IMG/VR virus record: IMGVR_UViG_3300037961_003042
Location: 1 to 63,013 of that record
Length of the DNA: 63,013 bases
Strand: one strand, 5' to 3'
Source of the DNA: a virus
Lineage: Duplodnaviria > Caudoviricetes
The first letter of the stretch is position 1. Each line of letters opens with the position of its first letter. Of the stretch, positions 58,969-63,013 are shown piece by piece. Below the pieces are notes generated by a model. It searched no databases. It was not told the origin of the DNA and worked only from the letters and a program-made list of their open reading frames with translations. A program made the translations under genes and the position numbers.

Positions 58969-61192
58969 ATTATATAGTGTTGTAAAAAACCATGTGTCAA
59001 AACAATCTATGCTGAAAATGAATCAGCATAAGTCTTGGCAATATGGCTATAACCCCAACCATGATTTAGTGGTGATAAGTAAAGACGGAACAGTAGGAGA
59101 AATATATAATATCAATGGCTTACTCATAGGCTTGCCTAAAGCTCCTAAAACAATACACAAAAATTCTAAAAAAACAACAGATCAATATTGGGTGGCTTCG
59201 GAATATCCCAAAGCTTTGTCAAGAATTAGTTCGATATTTCAATGGCATGAAATGACTACAGAGTTTAAAAATGAATGGGTTGATTACATTGAAACAGAAT
59301 TTGATAGAAGAGAGGAAGGCTATTGGTTTTATAATAACGGAACACCTATTTATATAACCGGGACTCATTACATGTATTTGCAGTGGACTAAAATAGATGT
59401 GGGTAAACCCGAGTTTAGAGAAGCCAATAGGATATTTTATATTTTTTGGGAAGCATGCAAAGCTGATAAAAGAAGTTTTGGTATGTGTTATTTAAAGATT
59501 AGACGTTCAGGTTTTTCGTTTATGGGTTCTTGCGAAGCCGTTAACACTGCTACAATTAGCAAGGATGCAAGAATAGGTATACTTTCTAAAACTGGATCCG
59601 ATGCTAAAAAAATGTTTACTGATAAAGTTGTGCCAATATCAAACAACTATCCTTTCTTTTTTAAACCCATACAAGACGGTATGGATAGACCAAAAACAGA
59701 GTTAGCCTATAGGGTGCCAGCTTCCAAGATTACAAAAAAAAACATGTTTGAAACTGAAGAAGAAGAGCTAGAAGGATTAGATACAACTATAGATTGGAAG
59801 AACACCGCTGACAATAGCTATGATGGTGAAAAATTAAAATTATTAATACATGACGAATCTGGTAAATGGTTGAAGCCTGACAACATTATCAACAACTGGA
59901 ATGTAACGAAAACATGTTTGAGGTTAGGTAGTAAGATTATTGGAAAATGTATGATGGGTTCTACGTCAAATGCTTTAGATAAGGGTGGTGAAAATTTTAA
60001 AAAATTATTTTATGATTCTGATGTAAAAAATAGAAATCAAAACGGTCAAACAAAAAGCGGATTGTACAATCTGTTTATTCCTATGGAGTGGAATTTTGAG
60101 GGGTACATAGACAAGTATGGAATGCCTGTTTTTAAAACACCAACCAAAGCAGTGGAAGGATCTGATGGTGAGTTTATATATCAGGGAGCTATTAATTACT
60201 GGGAAAACGAAGTAGATTCGTTAAAGAAAGACGCAGATGTTTTAAATGAATTTTACAGACAATTTCCTAGAACTGACTCGCATGCATTTAGAGATGAAAG
60301 TAAGCAATCGTTATTTAACTTAACTAAAATTTATCAGCAAATAGACTATAATGATTCTTTAATTAAAGAACATTATTTAACTAAAGGTAGGTTTAGTTGG
60401 AAAGACGGCATTAAGGATTCAAAAGTAATATGGTCACCTGACACAAGAGGTAGATTTTTAGTTTCCTGGATACCAGAAAAAAACTTACAAAATTGTAGGT
60501 TAAATCAAAATGGAAAGTATGCGCCGGGTAATGAGCATTTAGGTAGTTTTGGTTGTGACTCATATGACATATCTGGAACAGTAGGGGGTGGGGGATCAAA
60601 TGGTGCATTACACGGATTAACTAAATTTAATATGGACAACGCGCCTAGTAATGAATTCTTTTTGGAATATGTGGCAAGACCGCAGACTGCAGAATTATTT
60701 TTTGAAGATGTATTAATGGCCTGTGTTTTCTATGGAATGCCTATATTAGTAGAAAACAATAAACCTAGATTATTGTATCATTTTAAAAATAGAGGATACA
60801 GAAAGTATTGCATGAATCGACCAGACAAAGTGTACAATAAACTTTCTAAATCTGAAAGAGAAATAGGAGGTATACCTAATTCTTCAGAAGAAGTAAAACA
60901 AGCGCATGCAAGTGCTATTGAAAGTTATATTGAAAAATATGTAGGCATGGATATGGATGGGACATTTAGAGATAAATTAGACATGGGCACTATGTATTTT
61001 AACAGGACATTAGAGGACTGGGCTCGATTTAATATTAACAATAGAACTAAGTTTGATGCAACTATAAGCTCTGGTTTAGCTATTATGGCTAATCAAAAGC
61101 ACTTATATACACCGCAAAAAAAAGAGTCAAAAATAAAGATTAACTTTGCAAGATATAATAATAAGGGATTATATAGCGAAATACGTACTTAA
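58946..61192 (+). CDS. terL: Terminase large subunit
   Basis: KIRRSGFS (Walker A variant), LIHDESGK (Walker B), MGST, FGCDSYD and KFDATIS nuclease motifs, ILVENN. Confidence 0.9.
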   Translation: MQKDDQNKLYSVVKNHVSKQSMLKMNQHKSWQYGYNPNHDLVVISKDGTVGEIYNINGLLIGLPKAPKTIHKNSKKTTDQYWVASEYPKALSRISSIFQWHEMTTEFKNEWVDYIETEFDRREEGYWFYNNGTPIYITGTHYMYLQWTKIDVGKPEFREANRIFYIFWEACKADKRSFGMCYLKIRRSGFSFMGSCEAVNTATISKDARIGILSKTGSDAKKMFTDKVVPISNNYPFFFKPIQDGMDRPKTELAYRVPASKITKKNMFETEEEELEGLDTTIDWKNTADNSYDGEKLKLLIHDESGKWLKPDNIINNWNVTKTCLRLGSKIIGKCMMGSTSNALDKGGENFKKLFYDSDVKNRNQNGQTKSGLYNLFIPMEWNFEGYIDKYGMPVFKTPTKAVEGSDGEFIYQGAINYWENEVDSLKKDADVLNEFYRQFPRTDSHAFRDESKQSLFNLTKIYQQIDYNDSLIKEHYLTKGRFSWKDGIKDSKVIWSPDTRGRFLVSWIPEKNLQNCRLNQNGKYAPGNEHLGSFGCDSYDISGTVGGGGSNGALHGLTKFNMDNAPSNEFFLEYVARPQTAELFFEDVLMACVFYGMPILVENNKPRLLYHFKNRGYRKYCMNRPDKVYNKLSKSEREIGGIPNSSEEVKQAHASAIESYIEKYVGMDMDGTFRDKLDMGTMYFNRTLEDWARFNINNRTKFDATISSGLAIMANQKHLYTPQKKESKIKINFARYNNKGLYSEIRT

Positions 61193-63013
61193 TGGTAGAT
61201 GTAAAAATTGATATAAACCCAGTGGGGTTTCCGGATTTATTTGTTTCTGATAGTGAAAAAGATACAGTAGAGTACGGACTACAAATCGGTCAAGCAATTC
61301 AATACGAATGGTTTCGTAAAGATAGTAGCACGTGTAGGTTTTATTCTCAGTGGAGAGATTACCACAGATTAAGACTGTATGCAAGAGGAGAGCAGTCAGT
61401 TCAAAAATATAAAAATGAATTAGCAATAGACGGTGATTTGAGTTATTTAAACTTAGATTGGACGCCTGTGCCTATCATTCCAAAATTTGTAGACATTGTC
61501 GTTAATGGCATGTCAGACAGATTATTTAAAGTTCAAGCATACGCACAAGATGCTTTGTCTGCAGAAAAGAGATCTTCATTTCAGGACATGATAGAGGCGG
61601 ACATGGTTGCTAAACCTATTCTTACTCAAATTCAAAAAGGCTTTGGTGTAAATCCTTTTGCTACAGATCCAGATGAGCTCCCTAATAATGATGAAGAGCT
61701 TGCTCTTTATATGCAGTTAAATTACAAACCTGGTATTGAGATAGCGGAAGAAGAAGCTATCAACACTCTGTTTGAAGAAAATCATTACTCTCATATTAGA
61801 AAAAGAGTAGACTACGATATTACTGTATTAGGCATCGGTATTACTAAACAATATTTTTTACCAGGTGAGGGTGTTAAAATTGATTATGTTGATCCTGCAA
61901 ACGTGGTTTATAGCTACACAGAAGATCCGTATTTTAAAGATTGTTTTTATTGGGGTGAAATAAAAACTGTTCCAATGACAGAGTTACCCAAAATAGATCC
62001 TACATTAACTAATGAAGATTTAGAAGAAATAGCTAAGTATAGTCAAGCTTGGTATGATTATTATAATGTGGCTCAGTTTTATGAAAATAGTATGTTTTAT
62101 AGAGACACTGCAACATTATTATATTTTAACTACAAAACCACAAACTCAATTGTATATAAGAAAAAGAAATTAGATGGAGGGGGTGCAAGGGTAATTGAAA
62201 AAGACGATCAATTTAACCCACCGGAAGAAATGATGGAGGAAGGAAACTTTGAAAAAGTTGAAAAGAAAATAGACGTGTGGTATGAAGGTGTTATGGTGAT
62301 GGGTACAAACATAATGCTTCAGTGGAAGAAAATGGAAAATATGGTTAGACCTCAGTCTGCCTCTCAGCATGCTATGCCTAACTATATTGCCTGTGCCCCT
62401 AGAATGTACAAGGGTGTAATTGAATCGTTAGTTAGAAGAATGATTACGTTTGCTGATTTAATACAAATGACGCATTTAAAATTGCAGCAAGTAATTGCAA
62501 GAACAGTGCCAGATGGTGTGTTTATAGACGCGGACGGATTAAATGAAGTTGATTTAGGCACTGGAAATGCATACAATCCTGAAGATGCATTGAGGTTATA
62601 TTTTCAAACTGGTAGTGTTGTAGGTAGAAGTTATACGCAAGATGGTGAATTTAATAACGCTAGAGTTCCAATTCAACAACTAACATCGAGCAGCGGTCAA
62701 GGTAAAATCAATAGCTTGGTAGGAACCTACAATCATTATATGGATATGCTAAGAAGCGTAACAGGATTGAACGAGGCTAGAGACGGAACTAAACCGGATC
62801 CGTATGCATTAGTTGGTGTACAAAAATTAGCGGCTCTTAATTCAAATACAGCTACCAGACATATTCTTCAGGGAAGCCTATATATAACTCAAACATTAGC
62901 AGAAGCTTTATCTATTAGAATTGCAGATATTTTAGAGTATGCAGATTTCAAGGAAGAGTTTAAAATGCAGATTGGAAAATACAACGTAGGAATTCTTGAA
63001 GAAATAAATGATT
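61185..63013 (+). repeat. Imperfect terminal repeat, right copy: partial second allele of the portal gene (ATG 61192, open to the end)
   Basis: Colinear with 1-1829; amino-acid differences seen include ENRSS/EKRSS, LGVG/LGIG, EISK/EIAK, SIFY/SMFY, EIKD/EIND. Confidence 0.95.

Noticed and set aside
1-63013. Alternative genetic code, introns/inteins, integrase or prophage boundaries
   Set aside because: Genes are full length in code 11, terminase/primase/capsid are uninterrupted, and no recombinase or host genes are seen.

Overview
An essentially complete, circularly permuted ~61.2 kb dsDNA tailed-phage genome (podovirus-like). Positions 61185-63013 repeat 1-1829 imperfectly. The host is inferred to be Bacteroidota (probably marine Flavobacteriia), based on TAnnTTTG -7 / TTTG -33 promoters, A-rich translation starts without Shine-Dalgarno sequences, signal peptides cleaved before Gln, and a BT4734/VirE-N-type primase. 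Layout: (+) terminase, portal, PAP2 phosphatase, scaffold, major capsid, ring/tail proteins, nozzle and three ejection-type proteins (58.9 kb through the end, then 1-24.2 kb), in a crAss-like/Cellulophaga-podovirus-like order. (-) A metallophosphoesterase, VRR-NUC, SNF2-like helicase, primase-helicase, SSB, exonuclease, Sak-like recombinase, DnaA-domain-IV-like protein and about 30 tiny early ORFs (24.2-40.1 kb). A mostly non-coding switch region (40.1-41.2 kb) with hairpins and an iteron-like GTGTC array. (+) GroEL/GroES, small basic proteins, a head-spike base, fibres, and a lysis/envelope cassette (41.2-58.9 kb). No DNA polymerase, RNA polymerase, integrase or full tRNA was recognised. The most unusual items are: a secreted outer-membrane beta-barrel plus a secreted thioredoxin-fold protein inside the lysis cassette; a 43-nt tRNA-mimic minihelix in the early operon; an early-ORF array joined by repeated junction motifs; about 10 very basic micro-proteins with an embedded HExxH protease; and a palindromic face-to-face promoter. 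All family calls are from motif recognition by eye, not database searches.
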